DNA from: Acholeplasmatales bacterium | Lineage (GTDB): Bacteria; Bacillota_I; Bacilli_A; ML615J-28; CAG-313 | Assembly: GCA_003539625.1 (NCBI GenBank) | Contig: DPOU01000024.1 | Coordinates: 37,865 to 101,864, forward strand | Reading direction: 5' to 3' | DNA: 64,000 bases | Part shown: positions 19,380 through 27,470 of the stretch, piece by piece | How positions within the stretch are numbered: position 1 is the first letter of the stretch | How the letters are laid out: each line of letters starts with the position of its first letter | Program-made: the position numbers and the translations under genes | Notes under the pieces: generated by a model | What the model was told of the DNA's origin: nothing | Seen by the model: only the letters and a program-made list of their open reading frames with translations | Database searches by the model: none

Positions 19380-19882
19380 TAATGCGTATTATGATAGTTA
19401 ATGTTCATTTCAATGAAATTTATCAATCGCTTTCTTCTAATAAGTAAAGAATTTTGTTCAATGAAAAGTAAATCAACTGCTTCCCAAATGAATACCCAAG
19501 CAAATATATTTATACATTCTATCCAAATTTGTTTGATTCCCATGTTAGAACAAATAAACATAAAAGCCAAGGCAATAATACCGACAATCGAAAAAGATAC
19601 CGCAATTATTCTTTTTTGTTTTAAAGAACGGATTACATCTTTTAATTGTAATTGAAAATAATTCTTAATTGCTTGGTTGTATATTACTTTTTCATCATCT
19701 GTAATACAATTACTGTAGATATTTAGTGATAGTTTTTCATTTGGATGAAAATCATTAGCGCTATTTTCGATGAAATCTGCAAGTTCGGTAGAAATTAAAG
19801 GTTTTCCAGTTTCACAAAAATGTGATAAAAAATCATCATCATTATTAATGGTCATATTAATATTTGCAATTCTATCTTCCAT
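19379..19882 (-). CDS. Hypothetical membrane protein (soluble N-domain plus two TM helices), co-oriented with the TetR gene
   Basis: 167-aa ORF, 2 nt downstream of the TetR gene stop. Hydrophobic segments IIAVSFSIVGIIALAFMFI and INIFAWVFIWEAVDLLFI. Confidence 0.55.
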   Translation of the reverse strand: MEDRIANINMTINNDDDFLSHFCETGKPLISTELADFIENSANDFHPNEKLSLNIYSNCITDDEKVIYNQAIKNYFQLQLKDVIRSLKQKRIIAVSFSIVGIIALAFMFICSNMGIKQIWIECINIFAWVFIWEAVDLLFIEQNSLLIRRKRLINFIEMNINYHNTH

Positions 19883-19884
19883 AC

Positions 19885-20466
19885 TTACTCCTTAGTTCTT
19901 TTTGATAAAAAATTATGGTAGCTATTAATTGTGAAAATTCTAAGATCTTCAATGCTTATACTTGAATATCCTCTACAATATTTAATGTATTCACAAACAA
20001 GGCCTTCAATAAAAACATTTATTTCTAATTCTAAATTGTTTGTGCTATTGAGTTTTAATTCGTTTTTACAAATGGTGATTAATTTATCTCCTGCCATTGT
20101 TGTTAATTTACGTGTTAGAAAAAGAAAATCATTAGAAGCACATAGCATTTTGAAGTTATAATCGTTTTCATAAATGTAATCAAAAAAATTGTTAATCATT
20201 GTTTCGAAACTATCAATTGTTATAGTACAATCACAATTAAAGAAATTATCTATTAGTTCATTTTCATATTCTTCAGCAACCCCATAAATATCATCATAAT
20301 GAGAATAGAAGGTACTGCGATTGATATTAGCACGTTTCACTAGTTCAGATACAGTAATTTTACTTAATTCTTTCTTTTCTGATATCAGCATTGCGAAAGT
20401 ATTTCTAATTAATGATTGGGTTTTCTTCGCAGAAGAATTCATATTTTTTGCTTTCATAAACAACAT
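19885..20466 (-). CDS. TetR/AcrR family transcriptional regulator
   Basis: N-terminal HTH: ITVSELVKRANINRSTFYSHYDDIYG. Confidence 0.85.
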   Translation of the reverse strand: MLFMKAKNMNSSAKKTQSLIRNTFAMLISEKKELSKITVSELVKRANINRSTFYSHYDDIYGVAEEYENELIDNFFNCDCTITIDSFETMINNFFDYIYENDYNFKMLCASNDFLFLTRKLTTMAGDKLITICKNELKLNSTNNLELEINVFIEGLVCEYIKYCRGYSSISIEDLRIFTINSYHNFLSKRTKE

Positions 20467-20561
20467 TTAAAATAATTAAAATTTCTATAATTATTTCTAT
20501 TTTGTCCTTTCTTTTTTATATGTAATATTATAATTCAAGATTATAAAAAAGTCAAATATTT

Positions 20562-20593
20562 CAACACTGTTGGTATTTTAAACTTTACTGTTG
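20562..20593. promoter_or_regulatory. Candidate TetR operator: CAACA-C-TGTTG inverted repeat plus a second ACTGTTG copy 21 bp downstream
   Basis: CAACACTGTTG at 20562-20572 and ACTGTTG at 20587-20593, the latter overlapping the -35 of the divergent + promoter. Confidence 0.3.
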
Positions 20594-20619
20594 ACAATAA
20601 ATGATTGATAATATATAAT
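20591..20619 (+). promoter_or_regulatory. Sigma-A-type promoter
   Basis: TTGACA-N17-TATAAT, ~30 nt upstream of the ATG at 20651. Confidence 0.65.
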
Positions 20620-20650
20620 GTAATAAATAAAATAAATAAATGGAGTTAAT

Positions 20651-21358
20651 ATGAAAATAATATCACAGTTATCAGTAATATTTATTATTGGGGGGACCCT
20701 TGGTTGGTTAAATGAATTAATATTTAGAAGAATCGTTCATAAAAAATGGGTAAATCCAGGATTTTTAACGGGGCCATGTCTACCCTTATATGGATGTGGA
20801 TTATTGCTATTATATCTAATTAGTTCAATCGATTTTAGCTTTATATCCTCACCAGTTCTCCAAAAAATAGTAGTAGTACTTGCAATAACTGTTGCGATGA
20901 CAGGAATTGAGTATATAACTGGTCTAATCTTTATTAAAGGGATGAATTTGAAATTATGGGATTATTCAGATCGCTTTGGTAATATTCAAGGAATAATATG
21001 TCCGTTATTTACGCTATGTTGGGGTGTACTTGGAGTTGTATACTATTTGTTTGTTCACAAATATATTGTGGGGGCGGTAAATTGGATAAGTGAAAATCCT
21101 ATTTATTCGTATTTAGAAGGTTTATATTTTGGGGTATTTATTGTTGACATGTGCTATTCATTCCATGTTGTTACTAAGATTAAAAAATGGGCAAAAGAAC
21201 ACAATGTAGTTGTTAAGTATGAAGATTTAAAATTAACAGTCAAGAATAAAATGGACCAATTAAAGAAAAAAGCCAGTTTTATATTTATGTTAAAAAATAA
21301 AAATAGTATAAACGAAGAACTTGATATATATAATAAGGAAAAGGCAGATAAAAAATAA
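20651..21358 (+). CDS. Polytopic membrane protein, putative ABC-transporter type IV family (DUF1113-like)
   Basis: GGTLGWLNELIFRR ... NPGFLTGPCLPLYGCG matches my recollection of the PF06541 signature. Confidence 0.55.
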   Translation: MKIISQLSVIFIIGGTLGWLNELIFRRIVHKKWVNPGFLTGPCLPLYGCGLLLLYLISSIDFSFISSPVLQKIVVVLAITVAMTGIEYITGLIFIKGMNLKLWDYSDRFGNIQGIICPLFTLCWGVLGVVYYLFVHKYIVGAVNWISENPIYSYLEGLYFGVFIVDMCYSFHVVTKIKKWAKEHNVVVKYEDLKLTVKNKMDQLKKKASFIFMLKNKNSINEELDIYNKEKADKK

Positions 21359-21464
21359 ATTACAAAGAACATGTTAGAATTTTCTAGCATGTTTTATTAT
21401 TATTTGCAAAATTAGTTACAAAAAGGATAAAAAGTGTATAATATATATAGAAAGGTGGGCTAGC

Positions 21465-22250
21465 ATGAACGTAGAGTACTTTAACAATTTGCCTAATACA
21501 AAAAAAATATTATTAAAAATAACTCTGATTGGTATTTTAAGCGCACTAAGTTATGTTGGTGTTTTAATTCAAATACCAATTCCATCACCAATTGGTAAAC
21601 CAATGATACATTTAGGTAACTTAATTGTCATCATTTCTGCTCTATTATTTGGGGGTATAATCGGTGGTGCTAGTGGTAGTATCGGAATGGGATTGTATGA
21701 CCTAATTCACGGTTACGATATATTCTCGATTATTAGAACCATTATCTTAAAATTAGTTATGGGATTAATTGTTGGTTTTGTATATCGAAAACTTTTGAAA
21801 GATAAAAATCCTAAAGTGACAATTTTTCAATTGTTTATTGGTATTTTCTTTATTTTAATTGGCTCAATATTTTTAATTATCGCTGTAAAATATAATGGTG
21901 TGTGGGTTAATAGTACAACTGGACAAAAAGCTACAATATACTGGCCAATATATTCATTCAGCTTATTAATCGGTATTTTGTTTGTCATATCATTCATCTT
22001 TACTAAACGTTTACCATATAATTTACAAATCATTAATCTAGCAACATCAATTGCTATAATTGTTAACATATTTGGTGAATTTATTTATAAAGTTGTTAAA
22101 CAATTAACAATGTATGGAACCCCTTTAACAGGGTCAATGGTTATGGGACTTATGAGTATACCAGCAACTCTTTTAAATGGTATAATAACCTTAGTAATAG
22201 TACTTAGCATATATTTACCAATTAGTTCAGCACTTTATAAAAAAGCATAG
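21465..22250 (+). CDS. Polytopic membrane protein, ECF-transporter S-component-like
   Basis: 6-7 TM segments. IHLGNLIVIISALLFGGIIGGASGSIGMGLYDL resembles S-component helix 2-3 signatures. Substrate unknown. Confidence 0.5.
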   Translation: MNVEYFNNLPNTKKILLKITLIGILSALSYVGVLIQIPIPSPIGKPMIHLGNLIVIISALLFGGIIGGASGSIGMGLYDLIHGYDIFSIIRTIILKLVMGLIVGFVYRKLLKDKNPKVTIFQLFIGIFFILIGSIFLIIAVKYNGVWVNSTTGQKATIYWPIYSFSLLIGILFVISFIFTKRLPYNLQIINLATSIAIIVNIFGEFIYKVVKQLTMYGTPLTGSMVMGLMSIPATLLNGIITLVIVLSIYLPISSALYKKA

Positions 22251-22307
22251 TTTATAGCCCGTACAAAAACAAGTGATTATCCATAATATAACCTGAGGAG
22301 GTGTATT

Positions 22308-23099
22308 ATGGATTTTTATTACGTTAGGTTAGCTCTTTATGCAACGTTATTTACTTGGCTTGTTACCGCATTAGGTGGAGCAATGGTATTTGCTTTAAGG
22401 AAAGTCAGTGAAAAAATAATGTCGTTGATGTTTGGATTTGGGGCAGGGGTTATGCTTGCGGCATCATTTTTCAGTTTATTAATGCCAGGAATTTCACTTG
22501 CGGAAGAATTGAATCAAATAAGTTATGTTATTGTTGGAAGTGGTGTATTAATAGGTGCTTTGTTTATTTTCTTAATAGACATATTTTTACCACACTTACA
22601 TTTAAAAGCAGAGCAACCAGAAGGAATTAGCTCAACTTGGAGCAGGAAGATACTATTAATAGTAGCTATTACTCTACACAATATTCCTGAAGGTCTTGCG
22701 ATTGGTGTAGCATTTGGAACCGTCGCAAGTGGTGTTGAAGGAGCAAGTTTATCTGCTGCTTGGATTTTGGCTATAGGTATAGGACTTCAAAATTTTCCAG
22801 AAGGAATGGCTGTAAGCGTTCCGCTTAGAAGTGAAGGGATGAGTAGAAAAAAAGCTTTTTTTTATGGACAAGCAAGTGGAATAGTAGAACCAATTAGTGC
22901 TGTGATTGGTGCAATTCTAGTAATGTTTATAAAGCCAATACTACCATTTATCTTAGGGTTTGCGGCAGGCGCTATGTTATATGTCATAGTAGAAGAATTA
23001 ATTCCATCTGGTAAAACTTCAAAAGAAAATAAATATGGTACAGTAGGCGCAATTTTGGGTTTCATTATTATGATGGTTTTAGATATTGCCCTTGGTTAA
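22308..23099 (+). CDS. ZIP family metal (zinc) transporter
   Basis: HNIPEGLAIG and QNFPEGMAV motifs, ~8 TM, ZupT-like. Confidence 0.9.
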   Translation: MDFYYVRLALYATLFTWLVTALGGAMVFALRKVSEKIMSLMFGFGAGVMLAASFFSLLMPGISLAEELNQISYVIVGSGVLIGALFIFLIDIFLPHLHLKAEQPEGISSTWSRKILLIVAITLHNIPEGLAIGVAFGTVASGVEGASLSAAWILAIGIGLQNFPEGMAVSVPLRSEGMSRKKAFFYGQASGIVEPISAVIGAILVMFIKPILPFILGFAAGAMLYVIVEELIPSGKTSKENKYGTVGAILGFIIMMVLDIALG

Positions 23100-23182
23100 C
23101 TGAAAAGTAACTGATAAATGGGATTTTTACTTGTCTTTTAAAGAAGATTATGGTAAAATATAATGAAAGTAGGTGGATAATA

Positions 23183-24688
23183 ATGGTTGGAAATAAAATA
23201 TCAGATAAAATATTTAGCACAGTTGTATCAATTATTTCATTTATATTGATGGCTGTTTGTGTAGTTTGTATTATTATTAATACCAAAAAAGAACCTCAAC
23301 AAGGTGATACTGGACAAGATGGTAAATCTGCCTACGAAATTGCAGTTGCAAATGGTTATAAAGGTACTGAACAAGAATGGTTACAATCATTAGTTGGCTC
23401 AAGAGGAGAAAGTGGCATAAGTGTTGTTGACGTTAAACTAAATGAAAATGGTGACCTAGTTATTACTTTATCAAATGGAGAAGTAATATCTTGTGGTGGC
23501 CATTCTGATCAATGTGTTCATGAATACTCAGATTGGTCAATTATTAGTGAAGCTTCTTGTGAAAACTTAGGAATAAGAACTAGAGCTTGTAAGAAATGTG
23601 ATTATAAAGATTATGAAATAATTGACAAAGAAGAACATAAATATATTGAAAAAACAGTGTCTCCAACTTGTGTTAGCGAGGGATATACCGAAAAAACTTG
23701 TGAAAAATGTGGCAAAGTAGTAAAAGAAAATATAGTTGAAAAAATTGAGCACGATTATGAAGATTTTATAATTGAACCTACATGCACAAAAGATGGCTAT
23801 ACTGAACATATTTGTAAAAATTGTGGTAAATTATATGCCGATAATACAGTAGCTCATCTTGAACACAACTATGAATTTTTATATGAAGTTTCTTCAACAT
23901 GTAAGGAACACAAAGTTTTAAAGCAATGTTCAATTTGTAATAACGCCCAATTGTTTGATGAAAAAATCGTAGCTGAACACAATTACGTTAATAATGTTTG
24001 CACGGTTTGTGGCAATAGTCTATTAACTGCTGAAGAAAGTTTTGAATTTACTTTATTAGAAGATAATACGTATGAAGTAAAACTTAAAAAATTAGAAAAT
24101 ATACCAAATACAATTGTAATACCAGAAACTTATAATGATGTGGCTGTTACGGTAATTGGTGATGGTGCCTTCAAAGATTTAAAAGAAATTGTATCAATCA
24201 GTCTTCCTAATACTATTACTAAAATAGGTAGAAATGCATTTAGTGGATGTGAAAATTTAGTAACAATAAATATTAGTGAAGGAGTAAAAGAAATTGGTAA
24301 TTCAGCATTTAAAAACTGTTATAGTTTGAAAAATATTGAACTACCTTCAACTATTGAAAAAATTGATACACTTGCTTTCTATAATTGTAAGAGTATAAAA
24401 GTATTTGTTCTTTCACAAAATTTAAAATCAATTGGTGAATTTGCTTTCTTCGAATGTAGCAATTTAACTTATGTTGAATTATATAATAATGTAGAAACAA
24501 TAGGTAATGGAGCATTTACAAATTGTGTAAATCTAGTTAGTATTAATATTCCTGCATCAGTAATCAATATGGGTGAATATGTATTTGCAAATTGTCCAAA
24601 ACTTACAATATATTGTGCATTTACTAGTGCACCTTCAACATGGTCAGTAAACTGGAATGCTGATGAATGCTTAGTTAAATGGGAATAA
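23183..24688 (+). CDS. Membrane-anchored mosaic surface protein: short collagen/tail-fibre-like segment, four CxxC-type Cys repeats, BspA-type leucine-rich repeats
   Basis: AGGTGGA SD before the ATG at 23183. TM segment FSTVVSIISFILMAVCVVCIII, then GDTGQDGKSAYEIAVANGYKGTEQEWLQSLVG. Repeats of P(T/S)C...GYTE..C..CGK. C-terminal IxxxAFxxCxxLxxIxLP LRR_5-like repeats. Confidence 0.7.
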   Translation: MVGNKISDKIFSTVVSIISFILMAVCVVCIIINTKKEPQQGDTGQDGKSAYEIAVANGYKGTEQEWLQSLVGSRGESGISVVDVKLNENGDLVITLSNGEVISCGGHSDQCVHEYSDWSIISEASCENLGIRTRACKKCDYKDYEIIDKEEHKYIEKTVSPTCVSEGYTEKTCEKCGKVVKENIVEKIEHDYEDFIIEPTCTKDGYTEHICKNCGKLYADNTVAHLEHNYEFLYEVSSTCKEHKVLKQCSICNNAQLFDEKIVAEHNYVNNVCTVCGNSLLTAEESFEFTLLEDNTYEVKLKKLENIPNTIVIPETYNDVAVTVIGDGAFKDLKEIVSISLPNTITKIGRNAFSGCENLVTINISEGVKEIGNSAFKNCYSLKNIELPSTIEKIDTLAFYNCKSIKVFVLSQNLKSIGEFAFFECSNLTYVELYNNVETIGNGAFTNCVNLVSINIPASVINMGEYVFANCPKLTIYCAFTSAPSTWSVNWNADECLVKWE

Positions 24689-24699
24689 TAATAGCGTAT

Positions 24700-24731
24700 A
24701 AGTGTAGATAAATTAATATCTACACTTTTTT
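24700..24731 (+). terminator. Rho-independent terminator
   Basis: AAGTGTAGATA-loop-TATCTACACTT followed by T6. Confidence 0.8.
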
Positions 24732-24739
24732 AAAATATA

Positions 24740-24762
24740 AAAACTGCTAATATAGCAGTTTT
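24740..24762. terminator. Bidirectional terminator hairpin
   Basis: AAAACTGCTA-ATA-TAGCAGTTTT with an A-run and T-run on either side, between convergent genes. Confidence 0.65.
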
Positions 24763-24826
24763 AAAAATAAGGCAATATGGCTTAGAGGGTTACCAGTAGT
24801 ATGTATTAAATACTACTGGTAATAGA

Positions 24827-25252
24827 TTAAACTAGTTGTGAACAAAGAGTTTCGCAGTTTATCGGTTCAAAACATTGAACTGCTCCAATACAACTAATTT
24901 TTACAACGATTGTGTAAGTAGTACAAGTTACTTCTGTTGTTGTTTCATCATATGATAATAGACGTAAAACAACAGTTTCATCGTTTCTTACATCTTCAAC
25001 TCTAAACAAATTACATGCAGTTCCATTTATACCTGCGTTTGCGGAAAAGTATTCACCGTTGCAACAGTTACAAATAGAAATAGGCTTAGTATTGTACCTC
25101 GCATTCATCATGCAGTTATCGCATTGATTTGCAGCATTCGCAATAACAGCTTCTTTTTGCATTTGGTCAATTCGCTTTAGTAATTGCGCAATTGTTCCGT
25201 TATTATTTGTCGTAGTTGTTGAAGTTGTTGTAACATTTGAAAAACAGGCCAT
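24827..25252 (-). CDS. Cysteine-rich CotY/CotZ-like spore coat/crust protein
   Basis: 141 aa with 14+ Cys. The core ...CNLFRVEDVRNDETVVLRLL... parallels the FFRVE...ATLSLL core I recall from B. subtilis CotZ/CotY. Thr-rich N-terminus. Confidence 0.6.
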   Translation of the reverse strand: MACFSNVTTTSTTTTNNNGTIAQLLKRIDQMQKEAVIANAANQCDNCMMNARYNTKPISICNCCNGEYFSANAGINGTACNLFRVEDVRNDETVVLRLLSYDETTTEVTCTTYTIVVKISCIGAVQCFEPINCETLCSQLV

Positions 25253-25273
25253 ATCGACACCTCACTTTCAATG

Positions 25274-25301
25274 TATAATATGAATTCATTGTAAGTATTG
25301 T
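25274..25301 (-). promoter_or_regulatory. Mother-cell sigma (sigma-K/sigma-E-like) promoter candidate for the CotY/Z-like gene
   Basis: The minus strand reads AC-N17-CATATTATA, which fits the sigma-K consensus AC-N16/17-CATANNNTA. It lies ~22 nt upstream of the start codon, ahead of the AAAGTGAGGTG SD. Coordinates are +/-2. Confidence 0.4.
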
Positions 25302-25371
25302 GTATTTAAAAGCCTATAAAATATAAAAGTAAGTAATATAAAGCAATTTTGCTATATGCAAACGTTATAAC

Positions 25372-25400
25372 TTGCAAAAATAGCATAAATAGCGTATAAT
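25372..25400 (+). promoter_or_regulatory. Sigma-A-type promoter
   Basis: TTGCAA-N17-TATAAT. This implies the downstream gene starts at ATG 25429, not 25408. Confidence 0.6.
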
Positions 25401-25428
25401 AAATAATATGAAAGTAGAGGAATTAATT

Positions 25429-25839
25429 ATGCTTTATTTCTTAAGTATTGAACCCAATGCTAAATTAGTATTAATGGTAATTGGTATTTGTTGTATATTA
25501 CCTATTCTTGTAATTGGTTTAATTTTATTAGGTAAGATAATTTATAAACATCGCATTAATATGCGAAAATTAAGAGAAATGGAAAAAAATGGCGATATTG
25601 TTAAAGAAAAAAAAGCAAAGAAAACTAAAACTTCAAATGTAAATTATTTAGCTTTCTTTGGTGGTGATAATAATATAGTTTCCATATCTAAAAATTTATC
25701 ACGTGTTAGTGTAGAAGTAAAAGATGTTAAACTTGTAGATTTCGATGCTTTGAAGAACGAAGGTATTGGTGTAATGGTTACAAGAAATACTATAAAATGT
25801 TCATCACAAGCATTTGCGGATCAAATATCTGACAAATAA
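25429..25839 (+). CDS. Membrane-anchored protein with a degenerate PTS EIIB-like domain (active-site Cys absent)
   Basis: GTAGAGGAA SD before the ATG at 25429. One TM (LVLMVIGICCILPILVIGLILL). The C-terminus FFGGDNNIVSISKNLSRVSVEVKDVKLVDFDALKNEGIGV mirrors the EIIB pattern GG..NI....hC.TRLR..v.D...vd...lk, with Cys replaced by Asn. Confidence 0.4.
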   Translation: MLYFLSIEPNAKLVLMVIGICCILPILVIGLILLGKIIYKHRINMRKLREMEKNGDIVKEKKAKKTKTSNVNYLAFFGGDNNIVSISKNLSRVSVEVKDVKLVDFDALKNEGIGVMVTRNTIKCSSQAFADQISDK

Positions 25840-26043
25840 CTATAAAGCTTTTGCAATACTAGACACTATTGTTTCTTTAGTTGTTGTATCAGCTTTTTCC
25901 CAAAGTAATTCAAAAAGAACGCCTAGGCCAGGAAGAATCTTTTCTTCACCAACTGATATTGCATCTTGAATTGTTTCATAGACTTCTTTGGTTGAAGCTC
26001 CTTTTAAATTTTCTTTGACAGAATTTCTAATATTAATATTCAT
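25840..26043 (-). CDS. sspI: Small acid-soluble spore protein I
   Basis: 67 aa. [22 protein letters not shown] matches the SspI signature (B. subtilis ...[22 protein letters not shown]...). Confidence 0.8.
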   Translation of the reverse strand: [67 protein letters not shown]

Positions 26044-26060
26044 AATAAAACCTCCAATTT

Positions 26061-26089
26061 TATTATGATTATTTTTTGATAAAATATAC
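26061..26089 (-). promoter_or_regulatory. Forespore sigma-G/F-like promoter candidate for sspI
   Basis: The minus strand reads GTATA-N17-CATAATA, which fits the sigma-G consensus GHATR-N17/18-CATXHTA. It lies 17 nt upstream of the ATG, with a GGAGG SD in between. Confidence 0.45.
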
Positions 26090-26105
26090 GAAAGAGGTGA
26101 CTTAA

Positions 26106-27470
26106 ATGAATTTTGAAAAAATTGTTTATAATCATAAAGATGAAATTGTTAAAACTTTTCAAGAGTTATTACAAATACCTAGTGTTTTAGATGAAAGTGA
26201 CGCATCAGTTGGTGCTCCTTTTGGAAACAATATCAGAAAAGCATTAGAGTATATGCTAGCAAAAGGAAAAGAAGATGGTTTCGAAGTATTAAATGATGAA
26301 GGATATGCGGGAAGAATATCTTACAAATGTGGGAATCAAAAAGAATCAGTTGGTATTCTTTGCCATTTGGATGTTGTTCCTGAAGGCAATAATTGGACGT
26401 ATCCACCATATGAAGCAAGAATAGTTGATGGTAAGATTTTCGCAAGAGGTACAACCGATGATAAAGGTCCAACAATTGCATGCTACTATGCTTTAAAATT
26501 TATTAAAGAAACAAATATTAAATTGAAAAAAGAAATTCAAATTATTCTTGGAACTGATGAAGAAACAGGATGGCGTGGTGTTAACCATTATTTCAAAAAA
26601 TATGAAATGCCATCAATCGGTTTTGCTCCAGACTGTGATTTCCCATTAGTATATGGGGAAAAAGGTCGTATGTCGTTTGATCTATCAACTAATTATCATG
26701 AAGAAGATGTTGTTGAATATATTCATGGTGGAGATCGCTATAATGTTGTATTAGATCAAGTTGTTGCAAAACTTAATAAAGATTTATCAAATGAATTTAA
26801 GAAATATTTAACTGATCATAATCTAAAAGGTGAAGTTAAAGGCGATTTATACATACTTGAAGGAGCTGCAGCACATGCAATGGAGCCTCAAAAAGGTGTT
26901 AACGCAGGAATTCATATGTGTCATTTCTTAAAAGACTATTCTAATAACAATATGATTAAATTTATTGATAAGTATTTTTATGATGATCCATACTTTGAAA
27001 AAATGGGACTAGCATATAATGATTATGAAATGGGACCAATAACAGTTAATATGGGCATTATGAATATTGAAAAAGATAAAACTAGAGTTACGCTAGATTC
27101 AAGATTTCCTGTTAGATATGATATTAACAAATTCAATGAAACATTTAATAAGATACTAACTGATAATGGTATTATAATTGCTGCGAAGACTTTTAAAGAG
27201 CCACATTATATTGATCCAAATGATGACTTAGTAAAATTACTTCATAAAGCGTATGTAAAAAATACTAATGATACTGTTAATAAACCATTCACTGTAGGTG
27301 GTGGAACATATGCCGGAATATTGAAAAAAGGGGTAGCCTTTGGTATGCTGTTTCCAGGTGAGCCTGAACTAGCTCATCAAAAAGATGAATGTATTGCAAT
27401 CGAAAGTTTATTAAAAGGCATACTTATTTATATTGACGCTATTTTATTATTAGGTGAAGTAGATGCGTAG
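26106..27470 (+). CDS. pepV: M20-family dipeptidase (PepV-like)
   Basis: HLDVVP, GTTDDKGP and GTDEE metal/catalytic motifs, 454 aa. Confidence 0.85.
   Translation: MNFEKIVYNHKDEIVKTFQELLQIPSVLDESDASVGAPFGNNIRKALEYMLAKGKEDGFEVLNDEGYAGRISYKCGNQKESVGILCHLDVVPEGNNWTYPPYEARIVDGKIFARGTTDDKGPTIACYYALKFIKETNIKLKKEIQIILGTDEETGWRGVNHYFKKYEMPSIGFAPDCDFPLVYGEKGRMSFDLSTNYHEEDVVEYIHGGDRYNVVLDQVVAKLNKDLSNEFKKYLTDHNLKGEVKGDLYILEGAAAHAMEPQKGVNAGIHMCHFLKDYSNNNMIKFIDKYFYDDPYFEKMGLAYNDYEMGPITVNMGIMNIEKDKTRVTLDSRFPVRYDINKFNETFNKILTDNGIIIAAKTFKEPHYIDPNDDLVKLLHKAYVKNTNDTVNKPFTVGGGTYAGILKKGVAFGMLFPGEPELAHQKDECIAIESLLKGILIYIDAILLLGEVDA

Noticed and set aside
22276-22290. DnaA-box-like TTATCCATA near 22283 (possible origin element, given dnaB and ssb in the window)
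   Set aside because: It is a single imperfect box with no cluster and no AT-rich unwinding element context. It sits in a normal promoter/SD region of the ZIP transporter gene.
24790-24822. TTACCAGTAGTA...TACTACTGGTAA hairpin right after the CotZ-like stop, considered as its terminator
   Set aside because: It has no U-tract in the minus-strand direction. The adjacent bidirectional hairpin at 24740-24762 has one, so this is recorded only as an accessory stem-loop.
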